This document shows, piece by piece, positions 31,700-42,314 of a stretch of DNA of 64,000 bases. This DNA is from Paramoeba atlantica (lineage: Eukaryota; Protista; Discosea): the NCBI GenBank assembly GCA_977017575.1, contig CDRNVI010000012.1, positions 62,001-126,000 of the forward strand, written 5' to 3'. How positions within the stretch are numbered: the first letter of the stretch is position 1; every line of letters begins with the position of its first letter. The position numbers were made by a program, and so were the translations under genes. The notes under the pieces are model-generated. The model was not told where the DNA came from and did not search any database. It saw only the letters and a list, made by a program, of their open reading frames with translations.

Positions 31700-32752
31700 A
31701 TGCTGCCCTGTGAGGCCAACGCAAAGTTTGTCAAAATATTTTTAGAATTGGCCAACATACATCGCGCACGTTCCGATAAGTTTCGTACCAAAGCGTATAT
31801 TACGGCGGCGAAGCAAATTAAAGCCCTTGACTTCCCTATTCGCACAGATGAAGAAGTCAAAAAGATACCAAGGATTGGCGACCGCATGCGCGAAAAGACA
31901 CGGGAAATACTAAGAACAGGAACTCTTGCGCAATGGAAAGCAATTTTAAGTGATCCGAAGTGGGAGGCAGCGCAACTCTTCCGGTCCGTCCATGGATTCG
32001 GATTCCTCCAAGCGTATAAATTGGCCTTCGACTACAACTGCAAATCCATTAAAGATGTAGAAAAATGTCGTAAGATCAAATTCACCAAAAAACAGCTCGT
32101 GGGTCTTAAGTACTATCTAGCAGGTACACAGCGCATTCCATACAACGAAACCGAATTTCTTTCAACCTATCTAAAGCACTTGCTGCGAGCCGACGTGCGT
32201 TCAGATCTCATCGTCAAATGCTGCGGTAGTTTCCGACGCAAATGTCCGACCAGCGGTGATATCGACGTGCTGCTGTCTCTCCGGGACCAAGAGACCGAAA
32301 TCAATGTAGAGATGTTTAACAGGTGCGTAAAATCCCTCCGACGTCGTGGTTTCTTGATTGCTACCCTTGTAGAGGGAAAGCAAGAGTGCATGGGATATTG
32401 TACCTTACCGAAGCCCAGTCAAATCAAGAAGTCATTGTCGCCCGACTTGGCGAAGGAGATGGTATCGAAGTTGAAGGCGTTTCCAACGCCGCACATCGCA
32501 CGTCGGGTAGATATTCGTTGGGTCTCTCATGGTTCTTATCCTGCAGCGTTGCTTCATTTTACTGGAAGCGCCCGATTTAATGAGGATACTCGCCTGCATG
32601 CCAAGCGCATGGGCATCAAGCTGAACGAATACGGTATTTACAAACTCGACGAAAATGGTGTTCCCCTTCCGCAGCCTCTGAATGTTCAAACGGAGCGAGA
32701 TATTTTTAAAGTATTGGAGCTGGATTATGTTGATCCCGAAAAACGAGACTAA
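31700..32752 (+). CDS. POLB: DNA polymerase beta (X family)
   Basis: Lyase domain with KIPRIG; GSFRRKCPTSGDIDVLL, RRVDIR, LHFTGS..FN, LNEYG. Confidence 0.9.
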   Translation: MLPCEANAKFVKIFLELANIHRARSDKFRTKAYITAAKQIKALDFPIRTDEEVKKIPRIGDRMREKTREILRTGTLAQWKAILSDPKWEAAQLFRSVHGFGFLQAYKLAFDYNCKSIKDVEKCRKIKFTKKQLVGLKYYLAGTQRIPYNETEFLSTYLKHLLRADVRSDLIVKCCGSFRRKCPTSGDIDVLLSLRDQETEINVEMFNRCVKSLRRRGFLIATLVEGKQECMGYCTLPKPSQIKKSLSPDLAKEMVSKLKAFPTPHIARRVDIRWVSHGSYPAALLHFTGSARFNEDTRLHAKRMGIKLNEYGIYKLDENGVPLPQPLNVQTERDIFKVLELDYVDPEKRD

Positions 32753-33285
32753 TAAACGAAAATTCTTGCTGAGAAATAAGATAAACTGTAGGGCAATAGT
32801 GAATTAACATAATTAAAGATTATTTCGCATGACATGGAAAATCGAATTGTCTCTAAATTGTTCTTCTATTGAAATATAGTTGTTCTAAGTTATTAAATAG
32901 GATTATGTATGTTAGAGTATGTCAGAGGTTTGAAGGACTAGCCTAGTAGATACTTGTATCTCTTTCGAGCAAGATAGCATAGTTTATTTTTTTCGCTTGT
33001 TTTTGTCATGATGTGACCCCCCGTTCAATAATAAATCTTTTGAACGGCTGTTCAGTTTGTTAATTTTTTGCAGCAATTATCAAACTAGTTTGATCAAATG
33101 CATCATGTGTATTAATTAATAGCCTAAATTACGCTTTTCGTACGTTGAAATGTTCACTTTTCGACTTTAAAATAATTTTCGATTTTGAAAATAGAAGAAA
33201 CATTAAGAATCATTTCAAAGTAATATTTTTAAATATCACAGTATCTTGTATCTAATCTATTCCATTTTATATCCTTGTTCAGTCG

Positions 33286-34095
33286 ATGATTTTTAACATT
33301 GAGGTAAAAGCAGCGGACACAACTGTTTTTCAAGGCACTAGCTCTAGGAAGACCTCAACGCGTTTGGGAAAAGCACGACCATCGCTTCCACAAGAATACG
33401 CAATGGCAGAATTCATCAGTGCCATAGAGAATCCTCACCGCAGTTGGAACGTAAACACTCCTGCGTGCAAATGGTATCGAGTAGAATGTACACAAGACGA
33501 CGTTGTGACGCGCGTCGAATGGTCATCGACCGCTGTGGGGCCTAAACTTCGTGGTCCCCTACACTGGAGACAGTTACCCGCGTCGCTTGCCTTTTTATCA
33601 CTGTACTCGAACAAGCTAACAGGAACCGTTGAATTGGGGGAATTACCGCGGAATTTAAAAGCGTTTTTCGCTGAAGTAAACCTGCTTGACGGGAAATTGA
33701 ATTTGTCAGACCTGCCTGTCCCAATCAAGCACTTTTATTTGCATGAGAACAATTTTAGTGGGGCCTTGGATTTTTGTAATCTACCTCAACAATTAGTGGC
33801 GCTACTATTGTCGTCCAATCATTTTACAGGAAGTTTGAACTTATCTGAGCTCCCTCTAAGAATCGAAGACTTGCGAGTCTCTGAAAATAACTTTGAAGGT
33901 ACCGTCAACTTAGACAACCTCCCGCCCAGTCTCAACACGCTTCACCTATCCGGCAATAGGAATTTGAAAGGTGTTTGCCGCCTAGATCGAATACCTTCTA
34001 ACCTACGCAGTACATCCGTAGGCCTCTTTCGTTTGTCATATTCACGGAATGTTTATAAATTTCGAATTCTACGCACTCAAATTACAGAAGAATAG
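33286..34095 (+). CDS. Leucine-rich repeat protein
   Basis: About six LPxxLxxLxLxxNxFxGxL units after a PACKWYRVEC cap; real start may be ATG 33401. Confidence 0.8.
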   Translation: MIFNIEVKAADTTVFQGTSSRKTSTRLGKARPSLPQEYAMAEFISAIENPHRSWNVNTPACKWYRVECTQDDVVTRVEWSSTAVGPKLRGPLHWRQLPASLAFLSLYSNKLTGTVELGELPRNLKAFFAEVNLLDGKLNLSDLPVPIKHFYLHENNFSGALDFCNLPQQLVALLLSSNHFTGSLNLSELPLRIEDLRVSENNFEGTVNLDNLPPSLNTLHLSGNRNLKGVCRLDRIPSNLRSTSVGLFRLSYSRNVYKFRILRTQITEE

Positions 34096-34149
34096 AAAAA
34101 TACAGATTGTTTAGTGCGTGGAGATGTGTACTACAACGCCATCAGCTAA

Positions 34150-34220
34150 ACCAGGGGGGTCTAAAGTATCTCTTGGCCAATTTATGAAAACAATAGCGCA
34201 TTTGAGAGCTCTCGCGAGGC
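34150..34220. repeat. Fragment of the repeat family also at 49142 and 52223
   Basis: GGGGGGTCTAAA...CCAATTT...CGCATTTGAGAGCTCTCGC shared with 49142-49235. Confidence 0.5.
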
Positions 34221-34473
34221 CCTCCTGTGGAATATGAGTTGTTTTCAGTAGTTTTAGAGGTCGGTGTTTTAGAGCTGCTTTAATTGGAAACGTTAATTCC
34301 AAAGTTATTTGGAGAACCGACCTCAGAATATGACCTTTTTATAGTATGCCTTTTTCCACATATTTTTTTGTCGTGTCAAATTTCGAACCAAATAGGGTAG
34401 CGAGGGAGTAGTGTCTCCCTCAATAAGGAACTCATTATAGTGTAGTGGAATTCAATAATAATCTTGAAATCAT

Positions 34474-36358
34474 GGTCAAAGTCAAGCATTATTTCACACT
34501 TTCAGAAAAATCTCATATTGACTGGTCATATTGACTTTTATAAAATTTATAGCATCTTAATTCTCTCTTCGAGTTATCTTAAACGCTAGCTTAAACTTAT
34601 TCTAGAACGATTTCCACGTTCTCGCAATACCACTTCACGCCTTGAAACAGGCGACGGAGGGCATGACCGTCTTGTTCTCCTCTTTTCAGCTTACCGTTTA
34701 CAACTTCTCCGGCGAACTTCAGCCTGTTGTCTCGCGCTTCTACTCCACTACCAAGTGTGCCGTTGCCCCGCATGCGGACTTCTTTTTTCAACATTCCGTT
34801 CATGCGCTCAGCAGTCTGAGTGTGCACCCCGGTGACAGGATCAACCCAGTGACGGCGATGGTTTACTGTTCCATGGTTGAGTCTGTTGCCCAAGGCATTG
34901 CTGCCTCTCCATCCATCCGTGTGAACAATGGTACGTTCGCTTGTGTCCAGTTAAAACACAGGGTCATTAGTCGAGGAACTACGGCGGTCTTCCAGCGTGC
35001 TTACAAATATCTGCTCAGCTTTCCGAGAACGAGAGGTCTGTGTCAGGAGGTTTGCCCAGGTTGATCCCCCCTGGCGAATGCGGGCTGGTCGGTTATTACC
35101 CCCCCTTTTTGGCTTAGAAAAGCAAGTTTCGTCTTTCTGCATGATAGTAACAGTGCCTCGTGCAGCCGCAGTTCGCATTTCATGAACGGAAGCAACAATA
35201 CGTTCCAACTTTTTTGTCAATTCTGTGACAGTTTGACTACTTAAAAGTGTTTCCAGAGTCAATTGATCACGACCATTGCCGTTCGTCGTACCATACACGT
35301 TCGCACAAAATGAAACTGTTACAAATGAGGTCTTTTTGAATGCAATGAAAAAACGAAATGGGTTTTTCAACTGGATGCATCGCCGCCCCGGGGCTACAAT
35401 TGTCCTTGACAACGCGCCAGGGCATGGGGAAGCCAGGAGAATAGGTAAGTTGGAAGACATCAAAATTATTGATTGGCCTTCGAAATCTCCTGATCTCAAT
35501 TTGATTGAGAATTTGTGGAGCATGATGGATAAGTACATCCACAGCCATCTCCGTCCACAGAATCGAAAAGAATTACAAGCGGCTATTCCAAAGGCCAAGG
35601 AATATTTGTTGAACGAATGTCACGAGGCGTATGTGAATACGCTAAAGAGTCTTCCCACGCGCCTCGCTATACTACGTGAGCGTGGAGGTGGGAATACTGG
35701 CTATTAAGACCTACTTTCTGGGTACTTTTTGGGCCGTGGTACGTAAAAATTACGAAATTTAGACCCGTTTTTCAATTTGCAAAATCTTTAAAATTTCACT
35801 TTTGTAACTCATTGGAAATGTTTTCCGGCGAACGTTTTTGTATTTTAAATAGCGTAGACACGATATTCAGAACGAGATCTCTCGTTTGCAACAAAAATCA
35901 GCTTAAACTGCCTCAGGACGCTAAAATGCGGACCTTGTCAGTTTTCGTGGCCCCCCCTGTATAGAATTTGAAGAATTTGGCTTGGTGTTCGGCGACCGAA
36001 GGAACTTAAGAGTGGCTCCATGTGGTATGTACGACTCCGACACAAACGATCGGGGCAGACCCAGTGAACGCCTTTCCGCAGGCAAATGCGAGTTTCATGC
36101 CGCTTGCTACAGCTGACGCTCTGGAAAACAAGTTTGTGGCCTTTCAACCACTCGATAATATCATTTTGGGGGGCGCGGGCGAGCACACTATAGCTAATAC
36201 TGTCTGTACATTGGAAATTGGGGCAAAACGAGCAATCCATCGAGAATAGTGCAGAAATATGCGAAAAACATCCTAAAAAACACTTTGTAAGTAAAATATG
36301 ATCAAATGAGAACATCAACTAAAGACTTTTTTTTGTGAAATAATGCTTGACTTTCACC
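34474..36358 (-). mobile_element. Complete Merlin element (1885 bp) with degenerate IS1595-type transposase
   Basis: 25-bp TIRs GGTCAAAGTCAAGCATTATTTCACA (24/25), 8-bp TSD GAAATCAT; QKDETCFSKPKRGG, IVHTDGWRG, TVNH...GVHTQTAERM. Confidence 0.92.
35296..35959 (+). mobile_element. Internally deleted Tc1-like element (664 bp) nested in Merlin, TA TSD
   Basis: LDNAPGH...DWPSKSPDLNLIENLW; right end CCCCCCCTG|TA; removing it restores the Merlin reading frame. Confidence 0.8.
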
Positions 36359-36826
36359 GAAATCATCTGTAAGAAATATAGAATTCAGTATACTCCTCTT
36401 CTCATTAATTTCTATAAATGCCATTCCTAATTTTTCTGAAAAAAATTATAGTTTTTCAAAAAATTATGTTTTTGAAGAAACAAAAGAGGAAAAGCTAGGA
36501 TAGAGGGGAGAACACCGCAGAAAAAATTGACCCTCACTTCCGACAAGGGCCTTGGATCTCACGTTCTGCGATAGCTTATCGCAGAAAACTAGCGTTTTTC
36601 CATCAGGCAGGATCATTTATCAGGTCTTTTGGCCTAAACATTCTCATTAATTTCTATAAATATAACTATAAGAGGGCTGAAACCTTTCTAAATTTGCCTG
36701 AATTTGCCTAAATTTGCTTTAGAAGTTGTCCATCAAAAAAACCTTTTACTAGGTAGAACTTTACTAGCTAAAAAACATTTACTAGGTATTCTTCTTTTTT
36801 AAACTACATACCTGTATAATAATTGA

Positions 36827-36875
36827 CTTGTCTGACATTGATTTCTTTGTTGTCTGTGTTTTCTGTTTTCTTAAG
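36827..36875 (+). promoter_or_regulatory. Candidate trans-splice acceptor (U-rich tract plus AG) for the cargo ORF
   Basis: TTTCTTTGTTGTCTGTGTTTTCTGTTTTCTTAAG ending 4 nt before ATG 36880. Confidence 0.5.
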
Positions 36876-36879
36876 GTGT

Positions 36880-37809
36880 ATGTTCGACTACGACCTTCCT
36901 CCGAGCAACGATGAATACGTGGATGACGGTCCTGATTCTCCTGATTCCGAGAGGTACTTGACCTTGAGAAAGTGGGTGGCGTACTCTACTCAAGAAACGT
37001 TCCGCATGCCATTAAAAAGGTCGGAAACTTCAATGGAGTTTTCACGTATGAGTAACGCCGAGAAGAACGCAATCAAGTACTCCCCTGAGCGACTGCCTCC
37101 ACCGGAACTAACCCAGCGAATGGAAGATAACATCGTTGCTTTGTGCGCTGGATGGGTGAGCTTGCGACTGCGCCAACTACTTGATCCGGAAAGCAACGTT
37201 CTTAAATCTTTGTGCAATGTCCCCATTGATGAGAACATATTACTGTACGGTCTTGTGCTCTTGACGAAGTCCCGGGACACGGGTCTTCTCTTTTTCAAAG
37301 ACGCGGAGCGATCAGAAATTCATGGGGTAAAGGAGGAAGAGATGCCCGGGCATTGGCAGTGGACGCAATCGACTCAGACATGGTCGCTGAGCTTCACTGA
37401 TGTTTCAACCGACGTTATCGCTGGTCACATGAAAGACTTCCTAAAGAAAAATTATGGAGGGGTTTATGAGGATACGAAGAAAGATCGCGAAGTTTTGGCC
37501 CATTGGTTTAAGACCATGTGGCGAGGGTTGCGTGGCAGCAATGCCCAAGATGGTAAAGTTTACCGGGATCGGAATAAAAAAATGAAGGAGAAAGTGGAAG
37601 AAAGTAGTACACGCACTGAAAGTATCGTATCCGATTTTCGAAAGTTGCGAGTTGAAATAGAAGAAATGCGTAATGAAATTTCGATCCTGCGCAAAAAGGT
37701 GCTATGTCTTGAAATTCAAAATTTGAATTCGTCTGTAAAGCAGACGAACTGTGTCGAAACTGAAGCAGTTTCCAAGAAGCGAAAGCCACATGATTTAGCT
37801 GGCCTCTAA
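36880..37809 (+). CDS. Orphan protein of about 309 aa inside a TIR element; coiled-coil C-terminus and KKRK NLS-like motif
   Basis: Uninterrupted ORF; no DDE or other family motif recognised. Confidence 0.6.
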   Translation: MFDYDLPPSNDEYVDDGPDSPDSERYLTLRKWVAYSTQETFRMPLKRSETSMEFSRMSNAEKNAIKYSPERLPPPELTQRMEDNIVALCAGWVSLRLRQLLDPESNVLKSLCNVPIDENILLYGLVLLTKSRDTGLLFFKDAERSEIHGVKEEEMPGHWQWTQSTQTWSLSFTDVSTDVIAGHMKDFLKKNYGGVYEDTKKDREVLAHWFKTMWRGLRGSNAQDGKVYRDRNKKMKEKVEESSTRTESIVSDFRKLRVEIEEMRNEISILRKKVLCLEIQNLNSSVKQTNCVETEAVSKKRKPHDLAGL

Positions 37810-38122
37810 TGTAGATCTTAAAGAGAAAGTTTATAAAATTCTTATGTTTTATAAAAAGTGAAAAGAAAGCCTTATAAAGCGTCTTATAAAACGCGTTGTA
37901 CCCAATATTCCTCACCAGTACTCAATAGGGCGCCACAAAATTTGCCTGAATTTGCTTTACTCAGTTTCAGCCCTCTAAATATAAATTTTCTTTTTTGTTA
38001 TAATTTATATTTATAAAAATTAATGAGAGGAGGAGTAATACAGTTACAATGACATTTTAACACCTAACTTACATATTTTTTGTATTATGCTTTTTTGACA
38101 GAATCATATCACTCCTTGAACA

Positions 38123-40501
38123 ATGAAATCAAAGAAAGGACGCTTCGTGTCACGTTCAACTAATTTTGTTGCTTTTGTACAAGCTTTGGGAAGCGCAAAA
38201 TCAAAACAAGAAGAAGATACCTTGATATCGCAGGAACTCGCAAAGTCAAAACTTCAACTTTCAGACAATACAGTAGACGACAAAATGAGAACTGAACTGA
38301 TCTTGCTGCTAGCGTATTGTGAAATGTGTGGGCATGCGGCGGATTTCGGGTATTTTAGCGCTGTGAGCATGGCTTCGTCAGTTTCTCCCGTGGTGAAGCG
38401 CATTGGATACGCTTGTGCAAGTCTTTTCCTATCTCCTGAACATGAATTTTCTTACCTTTTGGTGTCCACTTTGCAGCGTGATTTAAACAGCACGTGTATT
38501 CTTGAAATTGAAGCTGCTCTAAGTACAGCTGTAAAAATGGCTAGCGTGGATCTCATAGCCTCACTTATCGATTACACAACGTCGTTATTGAAGCATGATA
38601 GCCCGCGCATTCGAAAAAAAACCGTCCTCTTGTTATGTACTTTTCACCGTTTAGTTCCGAACTCTACAAGTGAAATTCAGGTGTATTTATCTACTCTGTG
38701 TGATCGTGATCCCCAAGTTATGAGCGCCGCTCTCTGTTTATGTGAGGAAATATCGACTACAGATCTGGAAGTTTCACGTCATCTGACGCCATCGCTGGTG
38801 TCGATTTTGAAGCAAATTATTGCACACCGGTTACCTTCCGAGTATGACTATCATCGCCTTCCAGCTCCCTGGATGCAAATACGTATTCTGCGTATATTTT
38901 CAGTTTTGGGAAAGAACGACGAGAAGCTTAGTCAAGAATGCTACGAAGTTGTAAGCGAAGTTATGAGGCGTGCAGACATTGGAATAGACATTGGAAATGC
39001 CGTAATTTATGAATGCATTTTGTGCGCTATATCTTTATACCCTCAGACATCGATATTGGGGGAAGCTAATCTGCACATCTGCAAATTTTTAGCGTCCCGT
39101 ATCGGAAATCTACGGTACGTTGGTCTGGAAGCCTTGGCGCGCATTGCAAAAATTGATCTCTTGTATGCGGTACAAAATCAAGAATTGATACTTGAATGCT
39201 TGGAAGATTCCGACGTAATGCTACGCAAAAAAAGTTTTACTCTTTTATGCTCGATGGCTAATCCGAAAAATGTTGATTTCATCGTTCGGCGTTTGGTGCG
39301 ATACCTTCGATATTTGAAGGATGTGCATCAACGTTCCGACCTTGTACGCCAAATTCTTTGCATATTAGATGACTACTGCACCTCGCAACCCGAATGGTAT
39401 ATTACTCAAGTAGGTGAGCTATGTCAGCTAGCATCAGAGTCATTACCAGAATCTTTCGTATCTTCCCTTCTCTGCAAATTTACTGAACGATTGATTCCAC
39501 TTTCTGAAAGTCTTTCCTCGAGCGTCATACAAATAAGTAACCGACTTCTGAGTGCGGAACAGACTTTCAGCGATCAGGTATATGCCATGTGCACATGGTT
39601 CATCGGAGAATTTGGTCATTATTCCCCCTCTTTTAGCCCACAAACCGTGCTGGACTCTCTTTCAGAAATCGTAGACAATTCGGTTATTGGGTACGATGCC
39701 AAACAATGTGCCCTCACGGCCGCACTGAAACTCTTTTTTAGGGTACCCCATCTTGAAATGGACTCAATACATCACGTGATCCTTGAAAACATGAGTTACT
39801 TTTGCATAGAGCTTCAGCAACAGTGTTATGAACTTATACAGCTGTTGAAGGAGGAAAGCAGTTCGTTTACTTTAACTACTTCGGAAAGTGATGAGGCAAA
39901 TTTACCCTTTCTGGATGGCTTCGTACAAAATGCCGCGAAACACGGATCTGCCCCATACGACCCGGATGGCCTTTTCACACTTAAATCACATCACCAAGAG
40001 CATTCTGGGCATGACAATGAAGCCTTCAAGCTCTTACTAAAACATCGCAATCCGTCGAGTGAGGAATCGCTTCCGCTACCAGATTCAGAGGAGGACATAT
40101 TGCATTTACCCTCGAAACACAGGAAATGGGGAAAGCATGAAGGAGAGTCTTCGCATCAACTGCGCTCTCCTTCGGTAGACGACGTCGCCATAGATGAAGA
40201 AATAGCTAGTATGAAAACTATTTCTATGGCGGAATATTCGAAAAATTCTTTTTATGTTACACAGCAGAAAGGTGCTGATAGAGAAAAGGTACGTAGCAGC
40301 CGCCGAGAGAAACTTGCCAAAGAGTTATTCGCAGGCACCAGTGAAACTAGCCTCGTGGAATCCAACGATACGAAAATTTCCACAGTAAAACGAAATACCA
40401 CCGAAAAAAAGCTGTATAGATCTACAGACTCTTCCACTTCAAAGAATAAGAATTCGAACTCTAGTAGTCGCAACACCCTGGATGACTTGTTTGGTACTTA
40501 G
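38123..40501 (+). CDS. AP4E1: AP-4 complex subunit epsilon
   Basis: Adaptin N domain; ALGSAKSKQEED, KRIGY, HRLPSEYDYHRLPAPWMQIRIL, NLRYVGL. Confidence 0.85.
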   Translation: MKSKKGRFVSRSTNFVAFVQALGSAKSKQEEDTLISQELAKSKLQLSDNTVDDKMRTELILLLAYCEMCGHAADFGYFSAVSMASSVSPVVKRIGYACASLFLSPEHEFSYLLVSTLQRDLNSTCILEIEAALSTAVKMASVDLIASLIDYTTSLLKHDSPRIRKKTVLLLCTFHRLVPNSTSEIQVYLSTLCDRDPQVMSAALCLCEEISTTDLEVSRHLTPSLVSILKQIIAHRLPSEYDYHRLPAPWMQIRILRIFSVLGKNDEKLSQECYEVVSEVMRRADIGIDIGNAVIYECILCAISLYPQTSILGEANLHICKFLASRIGNLRYVGLEALARIAKIDLLYAVQNQELILECLEDSDVMLRKKSFTLLCSMANPKNVDFIVRRLVRYLRYLKDVHQRSDLVRQILCILDDYCTSQPEWYITQVGELCQLASESLPESFVSSLLCKFTERLIPLSESLSSSVIQISNRLLSAEQTFSDQVYAMCTWFIGEFGHYSPSFSPQTVLDSLSEIVDNSVIGYDAKQCALTAALKLFFRVPHLEMDSIHHVILENMSYFCIELQQQCYELIQLLKEESSSFTLTTSESDEANLPFLDGFVQNAAKHGSAPYDPDGLFTLKSHHQEHSGHDNEAFKLLLKHRNPSSEESLPLPDSEEDILHLPSKHRKWGKHEGESSHQLRSPSVDDVAIDEEIASMKTISMAEYSKNSFYVTQQKGADREKVRSSRREKLAKELFAGTSETSLVESNDTKISTVKRNTTEKKLYRSTDSSTSKNKNSNSSSRNTLDDLFGT

Positions 40502-40607
40502 CTTCGCACATTGAGCTTGATGGACAGCGTTGTTTACGAGTCATGGCACACGTTGGCAGAAGTCGGGAGTTTGTATGTTATTGCATTGTAAGGGAATAAT
40601 AATCATA

Positions 40608-41542
40608 CTGTTATCCCCCCTTACTTCACGACAAGCCCACTGGGTCCCAGTGGTTGAGCAAGATGCGTCAATTTTTTTCCTCCTACCTACGTCCTAGGGA
40701 ACATGATTCGATGGCTATGCCACCCATGCTAAAGTGGACGAGGGAGATACCAATAGACTATTGCTATTATAGTACAGGTGCGGTAGTTTCCCACAGGAAA
40801 AAGATATCTCCCTTATGGAATGAGTGCATACAGACGCATACAAAGGTGGGATGCCATTTTTCCTGTGGAAACTGCCGCACTTGTACTATTGATATTGATC
40901 TCCCTCATTCACTTGGAATCACCCTTGGAATCTGTTTGTATCTTCTCCACCAATTATACCATCGAACGTTGAATCATTCGAGGGGCTTCGGGTGTGATCT
41001 TATGCGATCTCGAATGGCCTCACTTGATCTTGGCTGATCCCATTTTTCCCCTCGTTGGACACTATGAAGATTTGGATGGTAGCGTATGGCACTGGATCTC
41101 ACTGGATGCCTAATTTCATATGTAAACCACATTTCCAGTTAACATGCCTATACCTTGGACAACATACCGAGGGGTGTGTTATTCTGGCCCGCAGCACTTA
41201 ACGTACCCCCCCCCCTCCTCGTCTATGACTTTTTTTGTGTCTTCAGTATGAAACCCCTGTTGTCACTGCTAACGAATTTATGATTCGTATTTATGATTCC
41301 TTAGGATAGTCTTTACTTTTTCATGCCTTGGGTACTCTCTCGATTCCCATACCTCTGTTTTGCATGGCGCTGGATGGCAGTGGACAACTGCATAGTGTCC
41401 ATTCGCAGCCCCTCACTTTTCCCTCACTCAAACTTACCCCCCCCCTTACTTAGTCATCTCCCCTACTTCACCACTCCCCTTGCTTCACCACAAAATATGG
41501 ATTTTGGGATAAAAAATGGGGGTTAAGCAATCGGGGTAACGG
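40608..41542. mobile_element. Possible degenerate MITE with imperfect TA|C(T/C)GTTA(T/C)CCC ends
   Basis: TACTGTTATCCCCCCTTACTT vs reverse complement TACCGTTACCCCGATTGCTT; internal direct copy near 41434. Confidence 0.35.
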
Positions 41543-41669
41543 TACTGCGTTGCGGAACCTGTATGAAGAATGCATTAATCAGTGTATGTCTTCTGGAGAA
41601 TTGGTTCCTCAAGCGTTAAATTTCTGTAGAAATTGTCTACTTTCTTCTTTTTTAACTTAAGAATCAATC

Positions 41670-42314
41670 ATGAACATTGGCGCCTCTGGTCCGTCCTCCC
41701 CGACGCTGAGTAAAAACTGGGCTGATCATATCTTGGAAGACTCACACGAAACACCAACTCGGGTCTCAGTCCCGGTCTTCCCGAAGTGGAGCCGAAGAGC
41801 CAAGCAAGCGCTCGAGAGTACTACCCCTGGAAATACTCCAGCGGCAAAGTTGAGCTCGCAAGAAGGTGCTTCTTACGGTGCGAGCTCCCCTTCCATAAGT
41901 TATACCCCTAGAAGTGCTGCGAATCCAAATAAGATTGCTCAACAGCGCGTTGCGCTATCACCGCTTCCGATAAACGCTAGTGTTTTTGCTAGTTCTGGTG
42001 CAATCTCACAAGGTGCTGCAACTTTTTCTCCTGAGTATTTTTCCACCTCCAAAATTGTAGAGCAACTTAGAAAAATAGTGGGAGCACATTTTCAAGGTAT
42101 ATCGCTTCCCGAGCTGGAAGCCAGAACACAGTGGTCATCCCACTATGCTTCCTTCTGCAATGGTTTGAGTCTACTCGAGTTTCTACAACTCAATGAAAAA
42201 GAATTTAACATCGACCTGCGAAGTTTCGTCGTGCGCATTCGCGAATCTACGGAGGATACTCTATTATCTTCGTTGTTAAGTGTGCCAGCCTTTCACATTC
42301 CTCTCGATGCATAA
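41670..42314 (+). CDS. Disordered Ser/Pro-rich protein with possible C-terminal LOTUS/OST-HTH domain
   Basis: LRKIVGAHFQGISLPELE...GLSLLEFLQ pattern. Confidence 0.45.
   Translation: MNIGASGPSSPTLSKNWADHILEDSHETPTRVSVPVFPKWSRRAKQALESTTPGNTPAAKLSSQEGASYGASSPSISYTPRSAANPNKIAQQRVALSPLPINASVFASSGAISQGAATFSPEYFSTSKIVEQLRKIVGAHFQGISLPELEARTQWSSHYASFCNGLSLLEFLQLNEKEFNIDLRSFVVRIRESTEDTLLSSLLSVPAFHIPLDA

Larger units (their letters stand above)
36672..37975 (+). mobile_element. GAG...CTC TIR element (1304 bp) carrying an orphan ORF
   Basis: 12-bp perfect TIR GAGGGCTGAAAC, TAA on both flanks, same-orientation AATTTGCCT decamers at about 36690-36718 and 37938-37956. Confidence 0.75.
36393..38035. mobile_element. 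Stowaway/mariner-type MITE shell, TA TSD, containing an inner element
   Basis: 27-bp TIRs CTCCTCYTCTCATTAATTTYTATAAAT (25/27); internal direct TIR copy at about 36641; 10-bp hairpin TTCTGCGATA-GCT-TATCGCAGAA. Confidence 0.85.

Noticed and set aside
27714-32752. Functional kDNA-maintenance cluster (Tc38-like plus Pol beta)
   Set aside because: Separated by V-ATPase C, and kinetoplastid clusters are generally not functionally grouped
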